A stretch of DNA of 64,000 nt from Catajapyx aquilonaris (taxonomy: Eukaryota). Shown piece after piece: positions 24,397-36,900 of the stretch; positions within the stretch are counted from its first letter, which is position 1; each line of letters opens with the position of its first letter. Made by a program: the position numbers and the translations under genes. The notes under the pieces are model-generated. The model was not told the DNA's origin and made no database searches. It saw only the letters and a program-made list of their open reading frames with translations. Location: contig KZ538370.1 in the NCBI GenBank assembly GCA_000934665.2, positions 1 through 64,000 on the forward strand. The letters are read 5' to 3'.

Positions 24397-27300
24397 TTAT
24401 ACAACAATGCTGTTTGAAGTTGAGTCGAGCTGTACAAGTTCAAATCGTGCATCGTTGTTACTTGGTCCGTTTCCGTCACCCTTTTCCTCAGAGGCTTTAC
24501 CTCGTCCTCGACACTTCATCATAAACGACAGTTCTTCTCTAGCCAGGGGCCAAAATGGTACCTGATGCGAAGGAATACACAAAATTATTCAACATTGATA
24601 TTCATAAGTGATTTTTATATGTCGACATTACCTTTTCGTTTTTGGATTTGCGCCTAACTACCCAGAAAAATTCGCATAATGCTACAAATGGAGCAATCGC
24701 CATCCCGAGAACAACTACTCCGAACACTCCAGCAAGGTTGGCAATACCTAAAGGCGTGTTAGGCTCAATGACATCCTGTGAACGAGAGGAAATGGTTAGA
24801 ACCATTTTAAAGTCAGACTTTGCTCCCAGGGAACGACTTACAACACATGGATATCCCTTTCGATTTTCTTTCCACCATTTGTTTTTTAATCTTCTCACTT
24901 CTCCTCTTTCTTGCATATCCAATATCATGCTATTGAATAATTTTCTATATTTCGAACCTGGAATAACCACAACAATTACGTAGGTACATAAAACTGGTCT
25001 TACGATATCACGCGAATGGCCTCACTCTCAATATCGATGGATTTATGTTAATAAAGACTTTAAAAAGGAGATTTACTATCTCTTACCCTTAGGAAATCCG
25101 ATGGCATAACCTTTACTGTCCAACCAACTGTCACCAACTTCGTGTAGGTCGCAGTTTCTCTCAACCCGGTACTCGATCACAGTCGATTCCATGAAGAAGG
25201 CATATTCACCATCCATTTCCAACACTTTTTTCATGCCATCTTCGTTATTACTAAGGAGTGACTCTTGTGGATTGGCCTTCATTGTCTTCCACAGCACTTG
25301 ATAATCTGGATTACTCGAATTCTGTAAGAAAACAAGGCAGTAAGGTGAAGTGGGGTAAGTGAATACACGGGGTAAGTGCATAAACTGGCCGCCATATTGG
25401 AATGAAAATGGCTGACATGCTCACCTCTTGTGGATATGTGATGTGCAGCTACACAAAAGAGTGCCTGACGTGTTTTGGTGTCGTCAGCCATTGTCATTTC
25501 AATATGGCGGCCCCGTGTATGCACTTACCCCGTGTATATGCACTTACCCCGTGTATGCACTTACTCCGTGTATGCACTTACCCCACTTCCCCTTAATTTA
25601 ATTCATGGAAATAGTATCAAAATGTACAATTAAAGCAAAGAGTAAGTGAAACTGTACAGAGCTTCATTTTAGTGCAAATTTTATCAGTGATTTGAATATG
25701 CTGGCATAGGCCCATCCTGCCTAAGTGCTTCCAAGAATCATGCTATTTTCTCCGTTGATCTAGAATGGTCCTGGTAACCTAGTATTTATGGGTATCCATG
25801 ACAGCTAACCTTATTCTGAACATACCCAACATGTGCACGATCAATCGGGAAATCGCGACTACTTCAGTTCTGCTGAACACGTATAGATGGCATAGCCACC
25901 CGGATTTCGCACCAGCATATTATTTTGTGCAAAAAAAAAAAAATGTTTCCAAAATTACCTCAAAAAACCTTCTGGTAGATCCTGATTCGACTACTCCATA
26001 TTTGATTCGGTCTTGATGAGCCAGCTCTGATGCACTGGAAAATGGCGATATTGCCTGCTCGATGGCAAGAAAGGCTGCCAGATTTGCAGTGTACGAAGAT
26101 ATCATAATTAGAATAAAAAATGCCCATACGCTGGATGCCATCCTTGTCGATATGGCTCTGGAAACAATTATGAAAAGTAATACACAAAAAACAGGATAGT
26201 GCACGAACTTACATTGGCATAAGTTCTGTCCCTTGCTGCATAAGTGATCCAATAGTGAACCAAAAGCTGTTCCATATTCCGAACTGGTTTTCCAGCTGGG
26301 GATTTTCTGCACCAGGATTAGTGTTTTCCCATTCATAAGGGCTTATTCTATATATAATAAATGTAATTAAATTATTTTTTAAAATATTTGCGATTCGAAT
26401 TCTTGTTATTGGTTTTCAGCCACTACAAATCATTCTTAACTACTTTGATGTCTTAAGATTAGTATTACTGTACCTTGCTATGAAAAACATGATGATTGAG
26501 ACAGCGACGTATGCCACCGTCATAAAAAGCCAAACGTCGCTGGAAAATGGCGCCATAAAGGAAAAGAAAGACGGCAGAGCCTCTTGGGGATTCACGAAAA
26601 GTATGCTAATACCTGCAAAATGGTTGAGATCCACAGTGAAACTGACTATCAAGACTTGTTACTCTTTAAAGTGCACTTTTACCCAGTTTCATGAAAGGAA
26701 GAGTGAAGTCCAAAGCCTGAGCCCGATCGGCATTTACTGTTATGTCAGCCACAACCATATCAGCTGTCTGGCATTAATAAAAATTAATTAGTAATTAACA
26801 AATTAGCAAAATGGTAAATTTAACTTACCCCGTCAAGTACTTCTCCTATCATTCCATTCCATGTGCCATTCACATCTTTACCATAGTGGTTATCAAGCAC
26901 TATCTGAATTATATATTTAAATGATAGATTTCCGGCTAGGTGGTCCAGAAAGTCTATGACAAATCCTTCATAGCGATCGTTACCGTACAATTGTGTCGAA
27001 TAATCTTTCACCATACAGAATGGGTCGTTCTGAAATGTAATAAATTTCAGAGTTGGGTTGACACTATTTCCTAAGTGAGGCTCACCAGTATGGTGGTGAC
27101 AATAAACGTTTTGTTGGCCACACTCAGTTCTTCGTCTTCGTCAATGGTTGTTATGATTTCAAAGATCGTTTCGTTATAAAAGGTGGGGTCAAAAATGTGT
27201 GGAGATTCCCAGGAAGCAAGGCGACGTAAACCATTGGGCACCAATTCAATGATTTCTAGCTGAAAGTTAGTTCGTGTGTTCCTAGAATTTAATAGAACGA

Positions 27301-28828
27301 TGCCTGACATGCCTTCGTAGTTAACCTGAAATATTTTGATAAATAATAAGTTTGGCAACTATTTTAGTGTGTGCATATTACCGTGTGTAAATGCTGCAGC
27401 ATATTTTCACCATAAGGCCACGGATGAGAGTCATCTTCATTGCAATCTGATGGTGTTATGTCATCTAATTCTTGTGCATTAATTAGTGCATCAAGTGCTT
27501 TTGCATACATGTAGACAGAATCGTACATAAGCGATGCTGTAATCTGAAAAAAAAATAAACGACATGCTATGTAGGTATGGCTAATTACCATGAGACTATG
27601 AAAACAGTAACCTCAACATACAGGTACTGACTGAGCAGAAATATCTTCTCCAGAATAAGTAGACCAACGACTTAGGATATCTTCCACATCAATATTAGGT
27701 GGATCCATCAATCTCAGTCCGGTTATATTAGCTCTGGAGTATTTGAAGTCGTCCAAGTTTAACGTTTGAAAATCCTGAAAAATTTGCATGAAAATCAAAA
27801 TGATGGATCGCTGATGAATTTTCTTACCAGACTGGATAAGAAGTAACTATTCTTATCTGTCAGCATCCCCACTTGTTGTGCTTGAGTCAAAAAATTGTGT
27901 GCAGCTTTGGCAGATGCATACAAAAATATTTGCATGCGATTAGTGCGTTTGAACTCCCACAATAAGTCTCTGAAACAAAACTAATTATGAGAAATTTTGT
28001 CCTGGTTTTAATTGACTATTATTTACATAAACTTTACTTTTAGTACTATAGAAATACTCTAATCGTATGAGTCGAACCTGGCATTTTCTGGCATCTGCTG
28101 TATGACAAAGTGACACTCGGCAATTGGTGACAACTTGAGTATCATTTCTTGAATTGTTATTAATGAGTCCAAGTCCTCGTAAACAATGGCAAATGAATCC
28201 CACTTCCACGTTTCTATGATGTTGATGTATGCTTCTACCAACACTAAGTAGTATGGATGGATGTTAATTACATGGCTATGTGCTCTTGAGCTCAGGTGCG
28301 TTTGAATACATGGTATGTTCATATTGTCACATACGGATTCGACATATGTGGCTTGGAATGGTGTCGAAGGGCCAAATATGCTCACCACCCCCTCACTTAG
28401 CAACTTACATACTGAAAATAATAATTGCAATATTAAATGCAAAATGCAAGTTCATATTTAATTTACCTTTTATGCGTAACTGATTTATGTCTTCATCAGT
28501 CGAGATGTATTCTACAATTTTTTCTAGCTGAACATTTGAAAGCAATTCAGTACCGGTATCATTGTTCACCTGGTCCACTGCTGATTCAAACGCTACAATT
28601 TGCAGATCATTTCTGTCGAATAATCCTCCTGGGGAGGAACAATCAATTGCATGTAAACCCCCAAGTGGCTAATTAATCATCAGATTTGATTGTAACAAGC
28701 ATTATTAACGGTTACTTACCTATTTTAATGACCTTTGCTGGACTCTGAGCCATAGCACAGTTCATCATAAAAATAATCTTCAACGACAATCCTGCACCAA
28801 AACACATGCTCCAATATTTGGTCCACAT
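24397..28828 (-). CDS. Kainate-type ionotropic glutamate receptor, divergent tandem paralog D (16 exons)
   Basis: Exons: 28720-28828 (MWTKYWSMCFGAGLSLKIIFMMNCAMAQSPAKVIKIG; start Met uncertain), 28467-28628, 28078-28411, 27828-27969, 27622-27774, 27382-27543, 27086-27325, 26829-27029, 26683-26767, 26474-26612, 26213-26347 (GSLMQQG), 25959-26157, 25087-25321, 24842-24957, 24632-24775, 24397-24561. Confidence 0.92.
25347..25592. mobile_element. MITE-like insertion with inverted subterminal 17-19-bp repeats (tgcacttaccccgtgta) in paralog D intron 12
   Basis: gaagtggggtaagtg at the left end, cacttaccccacttc-like at the right end, with tandem tgcacttaccccgtgta units. Confidence 0.6.
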
Positions 28829-30914
28829 CCTTATGGCCTCAGTACAACCCGTGTTTTCCTTCAACACGTGAACATCCCTGCAATATATCACCCCCCAAAA
28901 GTTAAGTGCCTTTTTTAACAACCCTGGTGTAGACTTCCAAGCGTGTCGCATGTATTCGAAATGTGACAAGAAAAACACACTTATGACTTCCTCTTCTTGT
29001 GTAACAGAAAAACAACATTATTGTCTTCTGCCGGATGGTAAGTGCGTAGTATCTAACGTAACACTTAGAAACGCTGTTGTTTGGTGAAGAAACAGGCCTT
29101 CTCTGGAACCATGTGGTGCTGTGTACTGCATGTCTGCATGTTTCATCACAATTTATTCATATATTATAATTATAATTACTCACAGGTGTCTCATGATATT
29201 ATCCTGAGACGCCTGTGAGTAACCCACTGGATGGCTGGATGAATATGTGCCCAACAGGGTTAATAGCACTTGCGCAGTTTACTTTGGAAACAATATGGCC
29301 TGGTCTGGTATCTTTTGGAAATAAATGTCCAACAGCCGTGGAATGTAAACAACAAGGGTTAATGCCTCTTTCCAGTATTTTCAGACAAAAACATACCACT
29401 GAAGAGTAGCCAGATTAAGTGGCCAGATTAAGAACATGAAGGTCATGTCAAACCTGTGGTGATGAAGTGACCCTGTGAAAGGGACAACTGCAGCCTGGAC
29501 CAAAAGTGCACTTCACTAAATGCTTGGGATGCACTGGAAATAATATAAGGAAGTTGTTGGGGATATGGGGAATAGGAAAGTGGGTGAGGCCGAATGCTTG
29601 TGGGTTGAAGCCTGGATTTTGTCAGTCAGTTCTGTACCTGGCTGGGTGCCCGCTTATGCAGCATGGCTTTTAAACAAATGTAACTCTTCATATAGTCGTG
29701 CCAGAGTTGAAGAGTTCCTGGGCTACATTCAATGGTTACGAAATAAGGGTGCCCATATTGCTTAAACGAAAGTACACACCTATAAAGTCGGACTTACTTG
29801 TATGTATTTGATGAGCAAAATTAAATTAGATGCACTCAAATACAGGAAACTGTGAATAGTGAAGCAGGAAACACGCAGGCAATTCCAGCAAGGTCATATT
29901 TTCGGCACCCACATAGAATCGGTTTGAAAACATCCTTTGCAGATAATGACATATCAATTCATTCATGTCGATAGTTTCTGACGTCGGTACTGTCAATGCC
30001 AAATGCAGCCATTACTGAACACTCTCTCAAAATAATATTTAAAGACACATTCCGAATTATGTAAAATTCTACTTATGTCGTGGACTAGCAATATCTCTAT
30101 TTTAACAACTGGTACACATAATGAAATATTAGGTCCTTTTTAACATTTTCTCTGTACTGTTTAGCCTAAACTTACTTGTCCACAGAATACGCCCACACTT
30201 CAAATGCATCCTGAGAAGAAACCATCATGAAGTGGTCACCTCATTTCCTGTCACCCTGTACACTTTTTGTACTAATATTTAATAAAAAATGAACATTCTC
30301 AGCACATTCAGTTTATTTCACTTGTATCACTTCATAGAAGGGATTATACTTGATAATAGACTGCACATGCAAGAACAGTGATGTAACCTACTCAAATACA
30401 GTTGAGCCTTCAATATTAACACTTAAAAACAAGTAACAATTTTCATAATGAGAGAAGAGCCATGTAGATATGAAGTTTTTAACAATCTTTCTGTTAATGA
30501 AAATCACCTCCCTCATTAAAAAAGAGCTGTGATCTCATGCACACAAACTTTTTTAAAAAAACATACGTATCATCCTTTATCACTCCACGAGTTAATAGAT
30601 ATTACTTACAGTAGGTAAGTTTGGGAATAAAATACATTTTACGCAACAGGTACACAAAATCTCGCTTCTTCGCTCGCTATAAAAAATAACAAAGCAACAA
30701 ACAATCCGAACAATGATTATTTTTTTACTGATCAACACCAGACGTGCATGTCGCTTGACGTAGACAATGTCAAAATACAACAGGGAAGATCTCATTACAA
30801 ATGTAACAATGTACAAAGTCTGACTATCACTCCTTTAAAATGAAAACATCAGGTCCGAGCGCTCCTCCGAGTCTTTTGTTTTAAATAATCACTGGATACT
30901 CTTCCGAAAGCATG

Positions 30915-33900
30915 TTACTTCATGTCGTAGATATCGAATCTAGATCTGGACTTGCTAACAAGAGCCTCCGATGCCTCTGGCTTCTTGACAGGTTTTGTAT
31001 TAACCCTAAACTGCATCATGAACTTCAATTCCTTTGCCATTTCGGTCCATAATGAACTCTGAAAAAACAACAACACAACTGTCAGTATTACAACAATGGA
31101 AATTTACAGACAGAGCATATATACTTACGTTGATACTCTCCGTTTACAATGCCAGTAATGCAAAGAAATATTTTCAAACGTTTAATTATAATTTAGCTTT
31201 TAATAAGCGTCACACAATTGATATTTACAGTCGAGTATGAATATGCAAACTAATAGAGTAATGAGAGACATAGTAGTTGGTGAGTTATACACTGCAATTG
31301 CCAATTGCTGTAGTCAGTGCTGGTATTGTTACGCACTATTCTACATGTAAAATTGCTCATTAGAAAAGTACAAAATGCATAGAAATCTGGTATTGTCCCC
31401 ATTCATTACCACATTGCTCTCGACCAAAAAAAAATGGTGTGAAATAGCCATATAAAAAGTACAAATGACCAATGATTGTGTATGAAGTAGATAGTTAGTT
31501 TGTAACAAAAAGACTGGAAATAGAATAATAGCTAGACTCGATCTATGTGTGCCTGGGATATGGTTTGAAATAGAAGCACCATATTTTTTTCGAGGTTTAA
31601 GAGGGGTTGAGGGGATAAGTCTTGGACACTACGATGGAAAAGTTTTCATCACATGCAGAATTAATGCTCGTCAGCTGAGCTCCTGCAATCGTCATGAGGT
31701 TTGAGAGTTTCTGGCCTGTCGCTGGAAAGGATTTAGTGCACAATTTTACTATCCTGCTGGTATAGTTAGTAGCGTCATGGACTACTCGTGACCTTTGCAT
31801 CAGCATGTGAACCTGGGTGACCCACCTTTTCTTCCATGGCCATCTTTCGCGATTTCCACACGAATTCGCACACGGCCACAATGCACGACATGGCCATTCC
31901 GCCTAAAAGGACCACGAACACACCACCCACGTTGGCCATACCAAGCTCAGCAGCTTCAACCCCTGCTTTGCCCGCCCCTCTCTGAAAGGTATACAAACCC
32001 GCATTACATCTGGCACAACCGGTTGAGACTTTACAGGGGCACTCACTTGGCATTGTTTCGATTTTGGGTTTAACTTCCACCAGCGGTCCTTCAACTCTGT
32101 TAACACTCCTTTTTCGGCCAGCTTCAGCACAGCCTGGTTTATTTTGTCTCTGTATGGAAAATCTGAAAAGAGTGTATTGTGTTAATTGGTCTAACAGTAA
32201 GTGCTGTAGGTACTTACTCTGTGGCATTCCCACTCCATAGCCCTTAGTGTCCAATGGGCTGCCCACTTTGTCATAGTCGCACTCTAGTTCCATCATGTAA
32301 TCAATCGAGGTAGATTCCATGAAGAAGGCATAGTGCCCATCAGCCTTCAGCACTCTTTCAGCTCCTTCTTCGTTGGATTTGACAAATACTGAGGGTCTGG
32401 CTGACTCCATGTTCATCCACATACGTTTGTAAGTAGGATGAGTTGATGTCTGGAAAAGGTATGGCTGCGTATTTTTGGAGATACAAAAATACCATGGTCT
32501 CACCGCAAAAAAATTCTTGGTCGATCCTCCTTCCATGGTGCCGTATTTGATTTTATTTTGGTTGGCTAAGTCATCCACGCTCTCAATCGGCGAATCTAAT
32601 CTTTCCACAGTAAGAAACGCAGCTAAATTGGCGGTGTAAGACGAAATCATGATGAGCGTGAAAAACCACCAAATGCCAGCAACCATCCTTGTGGAAACAG
32701 CTCTAAAGTGATTTGAAACATACTCATTACATTCAATTCCTGGTGATAATTTGTTACACATGTGACCTGGTCGATGCCTGCTCTCCCAAAACCATAATCA
32801 ATTTTGTCGTAATTTTCTGTCACAAAATTTTGGATGCAATCTGTGTACTTTCAGGTGTAAAGTAGTCCAACACTAGGTACTGTAGCAGCTGTATACTTGA
32901 ACCAAGTTCATATGTCATACATTCCACATTGGTCCAAGTATACGAAAGTGGAAAGTTGAAGAAGTTTGACAACACCTACCATAAATTCTACTCTACAAAG
33001 TTTGACAGTAAGGAGGATATATGCTGTTAATCACAATAGAATAAGCAACACAGTATTAAAACATATGCACAAAATTCATGCAGTTGGAAGTAGTGAAGGG
33101 ACCCATTTTTTTGTTGAAAAATATATAAATCCAGATGATATATTCGTGATAAATATATAGAAGCGAACTAATTGGTCACGTTGATCACGTTTGAAAAGCC
33201 AGCCTTACTTTGGCGCGAGATCGGAACCTTGTTGCATCAAAGAGCCGATGGTAAACCAGAGACTGTTCAACATATTGAACTGGTTTTCCAGCTCATCTGG
33301 CTCGTCATTGCATGGATGGGGGTTATTCCACTCATAGGGGCTAAACCTGGAAACAGAAAGTGTTCGAGGGGTACAGTACAGTAACAAGCGGTCATCGAAA
33401 AAAAAAGAGGAGGGATGTAAAACAAAGGGTTTCAAGTAGCTCTCGGTCACTTTTGCACACCAACATTAGCCAAGAAAAGGACACTTGAAGCGGTCTCTGC
33501 TCCAAGTACAGCTAATGTTGCTATAGCGCCCATCACTACCCGAATCAACATGTGCTGCGCAATAAATATTTACGTTATTTTGTGCAGAACAGTAAACACA
33601 TAGTTACTTTGTACATACCTGTGATTCGCTAAGGGTGGGCCTTTACAATGATTTTGTCAGAATTCCGATTCCTGTTGATTTTTTGTTGGCATACAGGAGG
33701 GTATAGGTGGGTCGGGAACTGGGGGTGACAGACTGACAGTTGTCTTCAATACTGCTGTCGCCACAACCAGTCAGTATTCAGATCTCACCACTTTTGACGG
33801 CCAAGCAGTCAGGAGAACTTGGCCTTTTTTTTACAGAAATGTTTTTGGTGGGATACTGCTGTCGCCAACCAGTCAGTACAAACATCTCCCAAGGGGTAAA

Positions 33901-36900
33901 TTGACAGGAGCAACACGTAATAATACTGCCCATTGTTGTCACCGCCTGATAGTTTTCGGCCCAACCTTAATCGCGACTGCAACATTGAATAAACAGCCAG
34001 TTGATTCGAGCAGAGAGGAAGGTTTTAGTGCCTCAGGTGTAATGATGCCCAGCCTAACGATCCAGAAAAACCAAAGAAAAAATAATAAAAAAGGTCGGTT
34101 GACACAGGTATCGGAAATCCAGGCTGCAGTCCATGGAGGATTTTAAACTTGTGACAGGCCTTACTTTGGAAGGATGTCACAACCCTGGGTTAGGGAACCC
34201 AGAGCGAACCACAGGCAGCTCTGAAAACCAAGCTGAGTAACTAGTTCCTCTGTCTCCTGTTTTGGACTCCCTGGATCTTCCCATTCATACGGGCTAAATC
34301 TGGAACAAAAAGGCACAAACAAAATGGCACGGGCGTGATCGATTATTAAATTGTGCTCAAAAAAGATATAAAAAATTTTCTTGGCTGATGTTGGCGAAAA
34401 AAACTCTAAAATTATCTGCAAGAAAGTTTTCGGAGCTATTATTTTGACAGTAAGAATAGTTGAGACATGTCTGACCTTGCCAGTACGAACATGAGAATGG
34501 ACACGCCCATGTATGCAGCAGCCATGTAAATCCACACATCAGGCCCTAAGGGTTTCAAGAATGAAAACAAGTCCGCCGCTTTGCTCTTCGGTTTCTTGAA
34601 CAAGATGCTGATACCTGAAAATCCATAGAACATTCAGTGCACATTAATATTTTAATTATAATTACACAGCATACCCAAGTCAAGAAACGGCGTTGTGAAG
34701 TCAACGTGCTCCTCTCGTTCACGTGTAATTGTCAAATCACCTATGGCCAGGTCAGCTTCCTGTAAAGCAACACAGTGTCAATATTGTTCAACAATGAACC
34801 GTGTATAGTTGCATATATTACCTGAGTCAACAATTCCTGAATCATCCCATTCCAGGTCTCAGTGTCCTTATTGTATGACCCATGCTGGGCATCACCGACC
34901 AGGTGTATCGAATAGTTAAATCCAGTTTCGTTAGCTATTGCTCTAGCCAAGTCCACTGCATATCCTTCCAGCCTCTCGTTGTCAGGTAGTCCTTCAGAAT
35001 TAGGTTTCTCACTACAATATGGCTCACCCTGTGTGAGAACCACGAGAAAATATTATTGACATTTCCCGAACTGATGCAACAGTTGGCCTACCAGTTTGGT
35101 TACGATCTTGAAGTGCTTCTCTCTTATATTCTCTTCAATTTTGGCCTGCAAGACAGTGTAGTTTCGAGTGATGGTCAAGTTGCTTTGATCAGTCCACACC
35201 CCTGTTTGGTTGTATCCGTCTGTGGACACCTCAACTAACTCCAATGTGAAATGTTTTCTAAATCCCAGTGGATCGAAATTGATTTTCCCAGTGAGTCCAG
35301 TAAATCCCATCTGTAGAAAGACAATGCATTGTAACATCATAGAAATGTAATGCCCTATGGATCTTACCCATTTCATTTGCGTGATGATGTTTGACCCATG
35401 CTCCGCCTTTTCTGTCCCATCGCAGTTGAGCTGTTTGATGTCGATGGGGCGTACCGAATCTAGTTGGTGAAGAGCTTGAGCAAAGAGGTGTACTGCATCG
35501 TAAATAAGGGCTGTCTCCGTCTGAAAGCAAGGTTAAGTGTTGCGTAAAATTGTCGCTCTGCAGGCGCTAACAAGTTTGACAACAGTAGGCGACTAACCTT
35601 AATTGATGTCATGTTTGTATTGTTCAGTGAGTCCTGAAACAGATTGAACGGCCCATGCAGAAAGGGGGCATTAAACACAGTGCTATAAATCGAGTTAGAC
35701 TATATAGGAAAACTGTGTGAGAAGAGGAACCAATCTGTCCAAATATTGACACCATCAAGTGGCAACAAATGGGCCCTTGTTGCTTGGGCTGATAGCCATC
35801 GACAGTCCTTGACTAGATGTTCAAAAATAGCTTAGTTTTTACACACAAAAAATAACCTTGTTAGCAATCTTACTACTACTTGTCTCATAAAGTCCTGTTC
35901 ATGAAATTCATGCAACTTTTTATAATTATGATTTGAAATGCAGAATATTTTAAGGTACTATTTCTCTCATCAATTTTGACCACTGCATTCCATTCTTATG
36001 CAATATGAGCAAGCAAGCCAGTCCAATTTGGCATGTAACTACCTACTGTCCTGTGGAGTTGGACATGACATTCCTTAGGCTTTACCGGTACCCTATACCG
36101 TACATTGTATGCCAAGGAATTACCAGAAATCAGTGTTGAAACTCTATTTCCGTCTCAGCCCGCCTCTCCCTATTCGTGAGTAATATCACTAGAAACTCAT
36201 TACCGAACAGATTCACCCAAACAATATTACGTCATTATAAACATTTCCGTCGCTTGTTAGCTTCCCCTCTATATAGTTAGCTTCCCAACAACATTTGCGG
36301 CGACTTCTCCTTGCGCAGCACCCTACTAATTAAGCTTGTTTGCAGAACCGTTTCCTCCATAATTTATGCTTCCCTAGAAAAAAAAAAACTCGGTGTGTTA
36401 TTAGAAGCATGGCGTTTGTCAAAATGACATTCCCTGCAATTAGTCTGCAGATCCAGGGCCTCCGGTAATGAAAGGACCGTAGATCAAACGTTGCGGAGGG
36501 AAGTTGGGCATCACCTACCCTATAGCTATTTAACTCTGGGTAGGAATTGAGAGTAGTTAGATCGATAAACCCTTAAGGATGGGTCCTAGCAATAATGCTC
36601 CTTTTCCTTGGTACTACAGTTTGATTCGCTTCCTCTCGAAAAAAACCTTTTCCACCAATCCTTTTACCTTTGGGATTTGATCGCGAAAGCCTCCTCTCCT
36701 ACTGGGAATCATATTCATTTTCTTCCAGTCATTGAATATCTGCTTCACTTCTTCTTTCTCCGGATCGAACAAACGAAAAGCGCTTATGTTTGCTCGATCG
36801 TGAACAAAATCTTCTAAATTCAGAGTGTGCACATCCTGAAAAAGAAGAAGAGTATTGTTTGAGATGGGTTTGACAACGTCATTTGTTACATAGGAGTAAC

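Noticed and set aside
31129..31137. Possible 9-nt microexon (AGTATCAAC|gtaagt) before the last exon of E
   Set aside because: Good donor, but a GAG acceptor with a poor pyrimidine tract; cannot be supported without RNA-seq.
31775..32761. 328-aa continuous ORF in gene E
   Set aside because: Chance read-through of short introns. The true structure is four exons, with exon 32047-32162 in another frame.
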